Assembly (NCBI GenBank): GCA_963668645.2
Contig: CAXXWC010000010.1
Span: forward strand, 416,001-480,000
Direction: 5' to 3'
DNA length: 64,000 nucleotides
Source of the DNA: Desulfobacterales bacterium
GTDB lineage: Bacteria; Desulfobacterota; Desulfobacteria; Desulfobacterales; UBA2174
Part shown: piece after piece, positions 8,428 to 18,088 of the stretch
Position numbering within the stretch: position 1 is the stretch's first letter
Layout of the letters: every line of letters begins with the position of its first letter
Program-made: the position numbers and the translations under genes
Notes under the pieces: generated by a model
Told to the model about the DNA's origin: nothing
The model's input: only the letters and a program-made list of their open reading frames with translations
The model's database searches: none

Positions 8428-10774
8428 AGACGCACGCGAACTCTATGAAAAAATGGTTTCCGAAGTTCCGTATAAAACCGATGATTTCCAATATATCGGT
8501 AAAAACACCCCGCGATTCGATGCCGTGGCCAAAGTGCGGGGTGAAGCGAATTTTTCCACCGATACCATGCTTCCTGGAATGCTTTACGGCAAGGTCATGC
8601 GAAGTCCATATGCCCATGCAAGAATCAAAAGCATCGATGTGAGCAAGGCAAAGGCGCTTCCCGGCGTGCATGCGGTCATCACGGTGGATGACGACGATGT
8701 CAAGGACATCGACCCCAGGGAACTGGTGGCCCCGTGGGATCTTGGATGGGTCGGAAAGGGATGGGAAGAGGCGGTCTTTGCAGAGCCGGTTTTGGCCCGG
8801 GAAGTATGGCGGGCATGGGAGCAGTGCGGGGCGGCAGTAGCGGCTGAAAGCCCGGATATTGCCAAAGAGGCAATCAATCTCATCAAAGTTGAATGGGAGG
8901 TGCTGCCGTACAACCTTGAAATGGCGGACGCGGTTAATTCTCAAGAGACCGGCCCTTTTGAAGGGAACATCATGACTCCCTTTGAAAGGGAGCTTGGAGA
9001 TGTGGAAGCCGGTTTCAAGGAAGCCGATGTTATCGTAGAGGGAAAAGCACGCTGGGCGCCCGTTCCCATGACGGCGATCGAGACCAAATGCTCCACGGCC
9101 AAGTGGGAAGGCGATGAGCTGAATCTGTGGTTTCGCGGACAGCAGGTACGCCCGTCGCTGAAAAAATATGGCCGTGCACTGAAAATGCCCGCTTCCAAGG
9201 TGCGGGTTTTCGAACCGTACCAGGGCGGCTCCTTTGGTCAGATGTTTACGGCCGGCATCGAAGACACCCGGACCGATTTGATTGCCGCACTGTTGGCAAG
9301 GCGCACACGCCGACCGGTGAAAATTCAAATGAACCGTTACGAGAACGTGTTCGGCACCGACTGGGAGATGACGTTCGACTATAAAATCGGCGCAAAAAGT
9401 GATGGGACGATCACCGCATGGAAGATTGTCGATTACTGCAGCGGTTGTGTCGGCGGAAGCAGTACCCTGCAGGGCTTCGGCCTTCCCGGCAACTGGGCAA
9501 GAGACGAACTGAAATGTGAAAACAATTCCGAAAATACCAAGGTGGTGTTTGTCAACCGGCAGCCGACTTGGTGGTTTCGCTCCGAGCAGAATCAACCGGC
9601 GGTGGTTCTTGACACCATTATCCAGCGCGTTGCAGACAAACTGGAAATGGATCCCGGCGACGTTTACCTGAAAAACCTTAAGGTTCCCGATCCGAGTGCC
9701 AGAGCAGCCGTTGCAAAGGTTAAGGCCGAATCGGACTGGGACAACAAATGGCACAAGCCGGGGGAAAAAACCCTGCCCAACGGGAAAAAGCACGGCATCG
9801 GCATCGTCTACTCCCATTCCTGGGGCAATTACACGGACTTTAACAACTCCATCGGACTTAAGATCGAAGGTGACGGCACTTGCACTCTTTTGAGCGTCAA
9901 GGATGACATCGGCACGACGCCGCATACGACCTATGCCGCGATTGTCGCCGATGAAATGGGGCTCGACTTCAACGACGTCCACTATCCCGCCTGCCAGTCC
10001 ACCGACACCGGCTACATGCTCCAGGGCGGTGGAGGTGCCGCAAGTTTACACGGCAACTCCTGGGTCTGCATTAAACTTGCTCGCAAGGCGAAAAAAGAAC
10101 TTTTGGAACTGATCGCACCGAAGTTTGAAGAAGGAATAAAACCCGAAGATCTGGATATGAAATACAGCATGGTTTTTGCGAAATCGAATCCGGATCAGAA
10201 AAAATCGTTGAAGGATCTTCTACACTCCGTACTCGATCCGAACTCTCCGGATCAGACCCTAACTGTCGGCGCCCGAGTAGAGGGAAGGGGCTGGTCAGAA
10301 GAAAACGTGTCTGAGATCTTTGTCCCATACCAGTGCTACCAGGCTCATGCGGTGGAAGTCGAGGTGGATGTGGAAACCGGTGGGGTGGATGTCGTCAACA
10401 TCACCAATGTATCGGATGTCGGCAAGGTGATCCGACCCGAATCGGTCCACGGCCAACTATACGGCGGAGACACCATGGGGTTGGAACGGGGGCTCACCCA
10501 GGACGCTATTTACGATCCGGCGACCGGCGTCATGTTAAACGGCGACTTTATCTACGGACCAGTCGCGTCGATGGGCGAAATCAACAACGTTCAGACGCAT
10601 GCCCTGGAGATCGGACACGCTCCGGGGCCCTACGGTCTGGTCGGTGTCGGAGAGTCGACCGCCAATCTGCTGTTTTGTGCCATCAACAGCGCCGTTTACA
10701 ACGCCATTGGGAAATGGATCGATGAGTATCCGCTTACCCCAGACAAGATCCTTGCTGCTCTGGGCAAGGCATAG
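8420..10774 (+). CDS. Xanthine dehydrogenase/aldehyde oxidoreductase-family molybdopterin-binding large subunit
   Basis: RSPYAHARIKSID, YQGGSFG, VEVEVDVETG, DVGKVI..GQLYGG, GVGE (catalytic Glu position), NSAVYNAIG..PLTPDKIL. Confidence 0.93.
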   Translation: MTEDARELYEKMVSEVPYKTDDFQYIGKNTPRFDAVAKVRGEANFSTDTMLPGMLYGKVMRSPYAHARIKSIDVSKAKALPGVHAVITVDDDDVKDIDPRELVAPWDLGWVGKGWEEAVFAEPVLAREVWRAWEQCGAAVAAESPDIAKEAINLIKVEWEVLPYNLEMADAVNSQETGPFEGNIMTPFERELGDVEAGFKEADVIVEGKARWAPVPMTAIETKCSTAKWEGDELNLWFRGQQVRPSLKKYGRALKMPASKVRVFEPYQGGSFGQMFTAGIEDTRTDLIAALLARRTRRPVKIQMNRYENVFGTDWEMTFDYKIGAKSDGTITAWKIVDYCSGCVGGSSTLQGFGLPGNWARDELKCENNSENTKVVFVNRQPTWWFRSEQNQPAVVLDTIIQRVADKLEMDPGDVYLKNLKVPDPSARAAVAKVKAESDWDNKWHKPGEKTLPNGKKHGIGIVYSHSWGNYTDFNNSIGLKIEGDGTCTLLSVKDDIGTTPHTTYAAIVADEMGLDFNDVHYPACQSTDTGYMLQGGGGAASLHGNSWVCIKLARKAKKELLELIAPKFEEGIKPEDLDMKYSMVFAKSNPDQKKSLKDLLHSVLDPNSPDQTLTVGARVEGRGWSEENVSEIFVPYQCYQAHAVEVEVDVETGGVDVVNITNVSDVGKVIRPESVHGQLYGGDTMGLERGLTQDAIYDPATGVMLNGDFIYGPVASMGEINNVQTHALEIGHAPGPYGLVGVGESTANLLFCAINSAVYNAIGKWIDEYPLTPDKILAALGKA

Positions 10775-10784
10775 GAGATAGAAG

Positions 10785-13121
10785 ATGAAAAAATTCAGAT
10801 ATTTTAATGCAGCGACAGCACAAGATGCGGTTTCTGTTCTGAATCAGTACAAGGGAGTGTCAAAAATTATCGCCGGCGGAACGGACGTATTGGGCCAAAT
10901 TAAAGATGAAATTCTTCCCGATTATCCGCAGGCCTTGGTGAACCTGAAGACAATCCCGGATCTTGACTACATCAAGGAAGAAGGCAAAACACTGAAGATC
11001 GGGCCCCTAACCCGGTTAGCCGACATCGCTGAAAACAAGACGATAAAGGAAAAATACACCGCTCTTGCCGAGGCGGCCCATCGAACGGCCTCCCCATCCA
11101 TTCGGGAGATGGGTACGATCGCCGGCAATATCTGTCAAAGCACTCGCTGCTGGTATTACTGGAACCCGGACAATCGTTTCGACTGCATGCGGAAGGGGGG
11201 CAGCGTCTGCTATGCCATGCTCGGCGAAGGAAGATATCATTCGATTTTCGGCGGCATGAGCGTGACAACACCACCTTGTGCGTCAAAATGTCCTGCTGGA
11301 ACTGATATTCCGTCCTATCTGGCCAAGATCCGGGAAGGAGAATTCGACGAAGCGGCCGAAATCCTGCTCGACTACAATCCACTGCCGTCCATCACCGGAA
11401 GGGTCTGCCCCCACTTTTGTGAAGGCTCGTGCAACCGAAACGATTTTGACGAGGCGGTTTCTGTAAACGCCGTTGAACGGTTCATGGGCGACTATATTCT
11501 CGATCATGCGGACCAGTTCTACAAGAAGCCCGAAACCGAGAAGAACAAGAAGGTAGCCATTGTGGGATCGGGGCCTGCGGGTTTGTCGGCAGCTTATTTT
11601 CTCCGGAGACTTGGTTACGGCGTGATGATTTTTGAGGAAATGGAGAAGCCAGGCGGAATGCTCTCTTACGGCATTCCGCCTTACAGACTGCCAAAGGACG
11701 TCGTTCAAAAACAGGTCGAAGCCCTCAAGGATACCGGGATTTCTTTGAAGCTGGGAGCCGCAGTTGGAAAAAACATCGATGTAGCCGCAATTATAAAGGA
11801 TTTTGACGCTGTGTTTCTTGCCGGCGGTGCCTGGAAGCAAAGACCGTCAGGAGTCGAGGGAGAATCTTCGATGCTGTCGGGGTTCGATTTTTTGAAGTCG
11901 TTTAATTCGGGAAGCCGGGACGTTCCCTGGAAAAAGGTGGCTGTAATCGGAGGCGGCAACGTCGCCATGGATGTGGCCAGAACGCTTTTGCGGATGGGCG
12001 TTGAACCGGTGGTCGTCTATCGGCGAACCGAAGCCGAGATGCCGGCCGTACGGGAAGAAATCGAGAAGGCCAAGGAGGAAAACATTCGATTCGATTTTCT
12101 GACCCAGCCGGTCAAATCTGCCAAAAATGGAAGCGGTGTGGTGCTGACCTGTATGAAGATGGAGCTTGGCGAACCGGACAAATCCGGCAGGCCGCGTCCG
12201 GTTCCCGTGGAGGGCTCCGAGTTCGACTGCGAATACGATGCCGTCTTTACGGCCATCGGTGAACTGCCAGACACAAAAGGACTGCCCGAAGAGTTTATCA
12301 GCCCAAAAGGATGGATAAAGACAGATCCATCCGACTGTTCGGTGGCAAAAAACGTTTTTGCAGGAGGCGATTTTGTTAGCGGACCGTCGACGGTCGTTCA
12401 GGCGATCGCGTCGGGTCGCAAAGCCGCAGACGCCATCAATTCGTTTCTGGGTGGAGACAAACCGGAAAAGACCCCTGCCGAAAGTCTGCCGGGAAGGTCC
12501 TTTGATCCTTCCTGCTTTCAAAAGAGTAAGGCAGCCAGATTCGAAGAGCTTTCCATTTCCGAAAGGATCAAGAGTGTCGATGTCGAGGAAGCGGCCGGAT
12601 TAAAGGTGGATGAGGCCTGTGGCGAGGCAAACAGATGCATGAACTGCTCCTGCCTGGCTGTAAACAATTCGGATATCGCACCGGCGCTGATCGCACTGGA
12701 TGCCAAAATCCAGACTACCCGAAGAACTATCGAGGCAGAGAATTTTTTCACCGCCGGAATCGAAAAATCGACGGTACTGGAAGACGATGAACTGGTAACC
12801 GAAATCCAGGTGCCGGCCGGTTCCTTCAAAAGCAGTTTTCTCAAGTTTGCCCTGAGAAAATCGATCGACTTTCCGATCGTCAATTGCGCTGTCATGGTCG
12901 ACCAGGATCGGAACGCGCGAATTTGTATCAATTCAGTCTACAACATCCCATGCAGGGCTACAGACGCTGAGAAGGTCATAACCGGAAAAGAGATCGACAA
13001 AAAATGGGCAGAGGCTGCGGCAGATACGGCCGTTGGCGGCAACGTTGAATTTCCCAAAAGCCGGTATAAGGTGCAGATCGCTAGGGCATTAGTGAAACGG
13101 GCTCTGCTGGCCTGCAAGTAA
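10785..13121 (+). CDS. XDH-family FAD-binding subunit with an inserted GltD/PreT-like Fe-S flavo-oxidoreductase domain
   Basis: N-terminal IAGGTD..ASPSIREMGTIAGNICQ; middle CASKCPAGTDIP..GRVCPHFCE, VGSGPAGL, IGGGNVAMD, FAGGD; C-terminal SDIAPALIALDA..FLKFALRKSIDFPIV. Confidence 0.88.
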   Translation: MKKFRYFNAATAQDAVSVLNQYKGVSKIIAGGTDVLGQIKDEILPDYPQALVNLKTIPDLDYIKEEGKTLKIGPLTRLADIAENKTIKEKYTALAEAAHRTASPSIREMGTIAGNICQSTRCWYYWNPDNRFDCMRKGGSVCYAMLGEGRYHSIFGGMSVTTPPCASKCPAGTDIPSYLAKIREGEFDEAAEILLDYNPLPSITGRVCPHFCEGSCNRNDFDEAVSVNAVERFMGDYILDHADQFYKKPETEKNKKVAIVGSGPAGLSAAYFLRRLGYGVMIFEEMEKPGGMLSYGIPPYRLPKDVVQKQVEALKDTGISLKLGAAVGKNIDVAAIIKDFDAVFLAGGAWKQRPSGVEGESSMLSGFDFLKSFNSGSRDVPWKKVAVIGGGNVAMDVARTLLRMGVEPVVVYRRTEAEMPAVREEIEKAKEENIRFDFLTQPVKSAKNGSGVVLTCMKMELGEPDKSGRPRPVPVEGSEFDCEYDAVFTAIGELPDTKGLPEEFISPKGWIKTDPSDCSVAKNVFAGGDFVSGPSTVVQAIASGRKAADAINSFLGGDKPEKTPAESLPGRSFDPSCFQKSKAARFEELSISERIKSVDVEEAAGLKVDEACGEANRCMNCSCLAVNNSDIAPALIALDAKIQTTRRTIEAENFFTAGIEKSTVLEDDELVTEIQVPAGSFKSSFLKFALRKSIDFPIVNCAVMVDQDRNARICINSVYNIPCRATDAEKVITGKEIDKKWAEAAADTAVGGNVEFPKSRYKVQIARALVKRALLACK

Positions 13122-13164
13122 TTCAGCACGGATCATTTGAACCGAATAGCAAAAAAGGGTAGCC

Positions 13165-14214
13165 ATGACCGTGTCAAATAGCTGGCGCAAGGCGTATGGG
13201 CAGTTACAGGTGTATATTTCAAAAAACAGCGACATTGCAATCGATGCCGGATCTGTCGCGATTGCCGAGGATTTTCGCGCCGATTTCTATAGGTTGTTTG
13301 ACACGGTCAGAACCCTGGTGGTGAAGGAGTATTTTCCGGATCTGCTTGAAGAATCTGAATTGTTGAGCAGACAATATGTGAAAGCCGAAAAAGATGTTTT
13401 TGAAACCTGCGGGATTGAAAGTATAGTTACCGATACGGGGCTTGGAAAATTTCTTCATCATCCAGCAAGCGGCCTATCCCGCAGGTTGTTTGATCCGCTG
13501 TTTGATTTATTGAAAAGCAAGATCACCACGGAAGATTTTGAATCGGGTTTGTCAAAAACTATCGAAGAGACATTCGATCTGTATTATCGAGTCGGTTACC
13601 AAAGATGGGTTCAACTGTCGATGGTTACGATGCTTGAAGCCGATAGCTTTTTTGAGGTCACGCTTCGCAAACCCGGGTCCAAAGAGATCATAAAGCAGAC
13701 ACCCTCCTTGGAGAACGTTCCATCTCCGGTAAAAACAAACCGGCTGTCGTTCAAGCAGGACTCGGCTCCTATATTTGTCGTTCCGGATTTTATCTTCCGT
13801 TCAGGAAGAAAAAACCGTTACGTAGCCGTACGATCCGCCCTCACAGGCGCCTTGCGAAACGCCTCCAGTACCAGTGAAAAAAGGGAGTGGTATCCGGTTA
13901 AATCCATTCCGGAATTTGATCCGGATGCCATTTTTATCTATGTGGGCCAAAGCCCAAAGGAGATTTCGCTGGTGGCGGACATGACGAAAATTTGCAGACC
14001 GGACCTGATACTCTTTTGTCGGGAGAAGAAGAACTGGTTTGAAAAAAATGGGTCAGAAAAATTCAAAAAAATCACCGACGGACTCAAACCCAAGTCCGGA
14101 ATCTATGTAATCTCAAGAGACGACATTGTACCCAGAAGTAAAATCGAGAATGTTACACTTTTATCTGTTGGATTAGATAAGATCCGGCTATCTGCCATTT
14201 CAGACGCGATTTAA
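13165..14214 (+). CDS. Hypothetical protein, co-oriented directly after the Mo-enzyme genes
   Basis: 349-aa ORF 43 bp after the FAD subunit; no motif recognised. Confidence 0.7.
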   Translation: MTVSNSWRKAYGQLQVYISKNSDIAIDAGSVAIAEDFRADFYRLFDTVRTLVVKEYFPDLLEESELLSRQYVKAEKDVFETCGIESIVTDTGLGKFLHHPASGLSRRLFDPLFDLLKSKITTEDFESGLSKTIEETFDLYYRVGYQRWVQLSMVTMLEADSFFEVTLRKPGSKEIIKQTPSLENVPSPVKTNRLSFKQDSAPIFVVPDFIFRSGRKNRYVAVRSALTGALRNASSTSEKREWYPVKSIPEFDPDAIFIYVGQSPKEISLVADMTKICRPDLILFCREKKNWFEKNGSEKFKKITDGLKPKSGIYVISRDDIVPRSKIENVTLLSVGLDKIRLSAISDAI

Positions 14215-14335
14215 AATTTCAGGCATTGGATTTTTTATTTTTTAAGCACAATACGCGCATCCGGTCGTTTCCCCAGTCTGTTTTCTAACGAGGTCCGATC
14301 AACGGAGCCGATTTGATTCGAAAAGTAAACAACTT

Positions 14336-14447
14336 TGACTCGTTCGTAAAAAGTCGGATTTTTGAATTTCCGCCGCTGTAACTTATTGAAATCATTCGGC
14401 CTAAAATCTGGAAGTTGCCGTTTTTCAGACTTTTTACGAGAGAGTCA
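14336..14447. repeat. MITE-like element with 20-bp terminal inverted repeats
   Basis: TGACTCGTTCGTAAAAAGTC ... GACTTTTTACGAGAGAGTCA (18/20 inverted match), 112 bp, non-coding. Confidence 0.65.
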
Positions 14448-14570
14448 GTTTTGACTCAAGCATTGAACTTGGCAGGTTTACTTCGATAACACCCGATGTT
14501 CGATGGCTTCGCAATGCGGGATCGAGAGACAAACGGAAATCTTGGACACGAAAGCAGGAGGAGAATCGCG

Positions 14571-15530
14571 ATGGAAGCTTGGAGCCTGAATACACTGTTT
14601 ATTTGTTTTGGCGGAGGAATTGTCGGAACCGCTTTGGGGGGGCTGTTTTCCTTTGTCGCCTGCGGTTTCATCGTCATCCTGGGCTGTGCAGTGGTGCTGA
14701 CCGGGGGGCCTGATTTTATCCTTTTGCAAATCGGCCTCGGACCTGGTTTCGGTCCTCATGTGGGCGGATTTACGGCCGCCTGCGTGGCCGGAACCTATGC
14801 GGCCGGGGTAAAAAAGAATCATCCGGGCGGGGCGGGAAAAGATATCCTCTCCCCGCTCATGGAAAGCTCCTGGGACGTATTGCTTGTGGGCGGAATCGCT
14901 GCCTTGATCGGCCACGCAATGCTGCAATTGTTGATTAAAATTCCGGTCATCAACATGGCCGACTGTGTTGCACTGACCGTGATGATTCTCTCTTTGGGCG
15001 CCCGTTTGCTGTTCCAACAGGAAATGCCCTGGGGAAACATGGAGTCCATCAGAAAGACGGGATATCTGAAGCCCTGCCCGGACCGCTGGTGCCCCTGGAA
15101 CGCGACTTGGGGAAGGATCGTAATGCTGGGCCTCGGGGTCGGCCTGTTTTCCGGTGCCATTGCGATGGGAGCACAGCAATTGTTGGCACCCCTGGTTGAA
15201 AAAGGAACGGTTTCACCCACCGCGGCCTTCATTGTACCGTTGATCACCGGATGGGCATTGGGGGCCATCAGCCTGGTCGGGTTGAATTTCGGGACCGGTC
15301 AGATTCAGAAATTTCCAATTACCCACTGCCAAGCAATCCTCGGCGCATTGTCGTATCTGCTGTTCGGGTCCCTCGCGGTGTCTGGCATCGTCGGCATCCT
15401 TGCCGGCGCGCTGCAGGAGCTTATGGCCCGCATGTTCTGGAACCACGGCAGCAATCATGTGGATCCGCCGGCCTGCGGAATCGCCATCGGCACGCTTCTT
15501 CTCAACAGCGTCAAATTTCTAATCGGATAG
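14571..15530 (+). CDS. Polytopic membrane protein of unknown function (possible permease)
   Basis: Many Gly-rich hydrophobic helices, GPGFGPHVGGF and SNHVDPPA motifs; AGGAGG RBS. Confidence 0.75.
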   Translation: MEAWSLNTLFICFGGGIVGTALGGLFSFVACGFIVILGCAVVLTGGPDFILLQIGLGPGFGPHVGGFTAACVAGTYAAGVKKNHPGGAGKDILSPLMESSWDVLLVGGIAALIGHAMLQLLIKIPVINMADCVALTVMILSLGARLLFQQEMPWGNMESIRKTGYLKPCPDRWCPWNATWGRIVMLGLGVGLFSGAIAMGAQQLLAPLVEKGTVSPTAAFIVPLITGWALGAISLVGLNFGTGQIQKFPITHCQAILGALSYLLFGSLAVSGIVGILAGALQELMARMFWNHGSNHVDPPACGIAIGTLLLNSVKFLIG

Positions 15531-15706
15531 CCGTTTTTGTGCAACAAACCCAACATATGGAGATTGGAAAATTTAGTGGACCGAAGCGCACCGCAACCGA
15601 CCCCGTGAGGAACTGCCCGGTGCATCAATAAATGTGAAAAATGGCGGCAGAAGGGGCTATCCATGCGCCTTCTGCCCGCCTTCGAAAAAAACTGGTGAAG
15701 GACTGG

Positions 15707-16678
15707 ATGAAAATTGAAACAGCAAAAGGAAGGATAAAGCCGGTGGCACAACAAAATTCAGGAACGAAAAAGGCCCTGGACAAGTGCATGAGCCTTCAAG
15801 AGGCCATTTCCCGCTTCGTCCACGATCAGGACAAGATTTCTTTTGGCGGCATGGGTGGAATTCAGTCGGTGGCCCCAACCTATGAAATTATTCGTCAGGG
15901 ACAAAAGGAATTGACGTTGATCGGAGACAGCCCCTGCGAATGCGCAGATCTGTTTATCGGAACCGGGCGCCTGAAACGGGTCGAAGTTGCGTGGATCGCC
16001 TATGCCATCGCCGGAATCAGTCCATGCTACCGGCGGGCTGTGGAAAAACAGATCCCCCGGCCGATCGAAGTGGTCGAATTTTCCAATTTTACTATGGGGA
16101 TGCGCTTTTTAGCTGGCGCCATGGGGATTCCTTTCATGCCGACCAAGTCCCTGCGTGGGTCATCGATCGAGGAGTTCAATGACATGATCAAGGTTGTCGA
16201 CGACCCATACAGCAACCGGAAAATAACATTGGTACCAGCCGCCAATCCGGATGTGGCGATCATCCATGCCAACCGGGCGGACCGATACGGAAACACCCAG
16301 TTTCTCGGATTCTCGTCCAATGCCGAAAATATCGCCAGAGCCGCCAAACATACCATCATCACCTGCGAGGAAATCGTTTCCGTGGATGAAATCCGTGAAG
16401 CATCGTTTTTGACAAGCATTCCGCAGTATGTGGTCGATGCCGTGGTGGAAGTCCCGTTCGGAACCCATCCATGGAACATGCCCTATGCCATGGCTTACGA
16501 TATTCCCTTTCATATGAATATGATGTCGCGGATTGCCACAGAGGAAGGATTTAACGAGTGGATACAGGAATGGGCGTTCGGCTGCAAAAATCATGACGAC
16601 TACTGCGCCAAGGTCGGCTGGAATCGTCTGATGAAACTGAACCGTCTGGAAAAGAAATTTTGCCGCAGCAGATTTTAG
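15707..16678 (+). CDS. CoA-transferase subunit A (glutaconate CoA-transferase-like)
   Basis: MSLQEAISRFVHD..ISFGG, RFLAGAMGIPFMP, PDVAIIHANRADRYGN, VDAVVEVPFGTHP. Start uncertain. Confidence 0.9.
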   Translation: MKIETAKGRIKPVAQQNSGTKKALDKCMSLQEAISRFVHDQDKISFGGMGGIQSVAPTYEIIRQGQKELTLIGDSPCECADLFIGTGRLKRVEVAWIAYAIAGISPCYRRAVEKQIPRPIEVVEFSNFTMGMRFLAGAMGIPFMPTKSLRGSSIEEFNDMIKVVDDPYSNRKITLVPAANPDVAIIHANRADRYGNTQFLGFSSNAENIARAAKHTIITCEEIVSVDEIREASFLTSIPQYVVDAVVEVPFGTHPWNMPYAMAYDIPFHMNMMSRIATEEGFNEWIQEWAFGCKNHDDYCAKVGWNRLMKLNRLEKKFCRSRF

Positions 16679-16730
16679 CGTCGAAATACGAACCCGACAA
16701 ACGCGTCTGAGCATATCGAAAGGAGACACA

Positions 16731-17588
16731 ATGCAAAGCACCGGTGATTACAGCCTGCAGGAACTGATGGTTGTGGCTGCGGCGAGGGAAATACAAGAAA
16801 GCGAAGTGGTCTTTGTGGGCGTAGGAATTCCATGCCTAGGGGCATTGGTGGCAAAACTGACCCATGCCCCCAATGTTATATTGGCGGTTGAATCGGGCTG
16901 TATCGGCCCCCTGCCGAACCGATTGATGCTCGGTATCGGAGACAATTCCTGCGTGGAAAATGCGATATCGACGACATCTTTATGGCGCACCTTTGCCGAT
17001 CAACAGAGAGGATATTTTGATCTTGGCATGCTCGGCGGTGCCCAAGTGGACAAATACGGAAACTTAAACAGTACCGCAATTTTTGCCGGGGGAAACTATC
17101 AAAAACCACGTGTACGGCTGCCGGGAAGCGGCGGGGCAAACGATATCGCCTGTTCGGCCAAAAGAACCCTGATCATGATGGATCAGCAAAAACGGCGGTT
17201 TCTTGAAAAAGTGGACTACATCACTTCGCCCGGCTATCTGGACGGGCCCGGTGCAAGGCAGAAATACGGATATACCGGTGACGGTCCGTCGGTGATTATC
17301 ACCAACATGGGAATTTTCCGCTTCGATGAGGAAACCAAAGAAGCCTATCTGGATTCGGTGCATCCCGGGCTCGATGTGGACGAGGTCGCCGCCGAGGTCA
17401 GCTGGGACCTGAAAGTAGCGTCCGATGTAAAGATGACCTCACCGCCTAGCGCTGAGGAAGTTGAGATTATCAGAACGTTGGACGAGATGAAGATCTACAC
17501 TGGAAGTGGCCTACAAAACCTTGGCTTTGAAGAGTATATCCGCAGCCTTGAAAGCTCTCAGCGCAAGCTAAAGGAGATGTTTGCATAG
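16731..17588 (+). CDS. CoA-transferase subunit B
   Basis: VFVGVGIP, VESG (catalytic Glu), GGAQVDKYGNLNST, RLPGSGGANDI, VDYITSPG. Confidence 0.92.
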   Translation: MQSTGDYSLQELMVVAAAREIQESEVVFVGVGIPCLGALVAKLTHAPNVILAVESGCIGPLPNRLMLGIGDNSCVENAISTTSLWRTFADQQRGYFDLGMLGGAQVDKYGNLNSTAIFAGGNYQKPRVRLPGSGGANDIACSAKRTLIMMDQQKRRFLEKVDYITSPGYLDGPGARQKYGYTGDGPSVIITNMGIFRFDEETKEAYLDSVHPGLDVDEVAAEVSWDLKVASDVKMTSPPSAEEVEIIRTLDEMKIYTGSGLQNLGFEEYIRSLESSQRKLKEMFA

Positions 17589-17624
17589 AAGAATGATTGC
17601 GGCCGATTGCAATAGAAAAAGGGC

Positions 17625-18032
17625 GTGATCATACTGGCAGCCGGGACCGCCGACATGCCCGCAGCCGAAGAGGCCGCCATTACAGTTGAATTGATGGGAA
17701 ATGAGGCCGAAAAAATTTATGACGTGGGGGTGACCGGGCTGCACCGGCTGCTTGATGTGCTGCCCGCAATCCAGAGGGCGAATGTCCTTGTGGTGGTTGC
17801 AGGGATGGAAGGTGCGCTACCCAGCGTCGTCGGCGGACTTGTTTCGGCCCCAATCATCGCGCTGCCGACATCTGTCGGCTACGGAACCGGGATGGGCGGG
17901 CTCTCTGCGCTGCTGGGCATGTTGAACTCCTGTTCGGCCGGACTTGCCGTTGTCAACATCGATAACGGTTTCGGAGCAGGCTGTATGGCGGCAAGAATCA
18001 ACGCGTTGGCTCAAAAAGAGAATGCGGCGTGA
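17625..18032 (+). pseudogene. larB: LarB (nickel-pincer cofactor biosynthesis), C-terminal AIR-carboxylase-like half only
   Basis: [59 protein letters not shown]. The N-terminal part is absent; only 36 bp separate it from the upstream stop. Confidence 0.8.
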
Positions 18033-18088
18033 ATAGCGGAAGATTATTCCATGAACCGTTTGGTGAGACCTATAGATCGGCACAGAAG

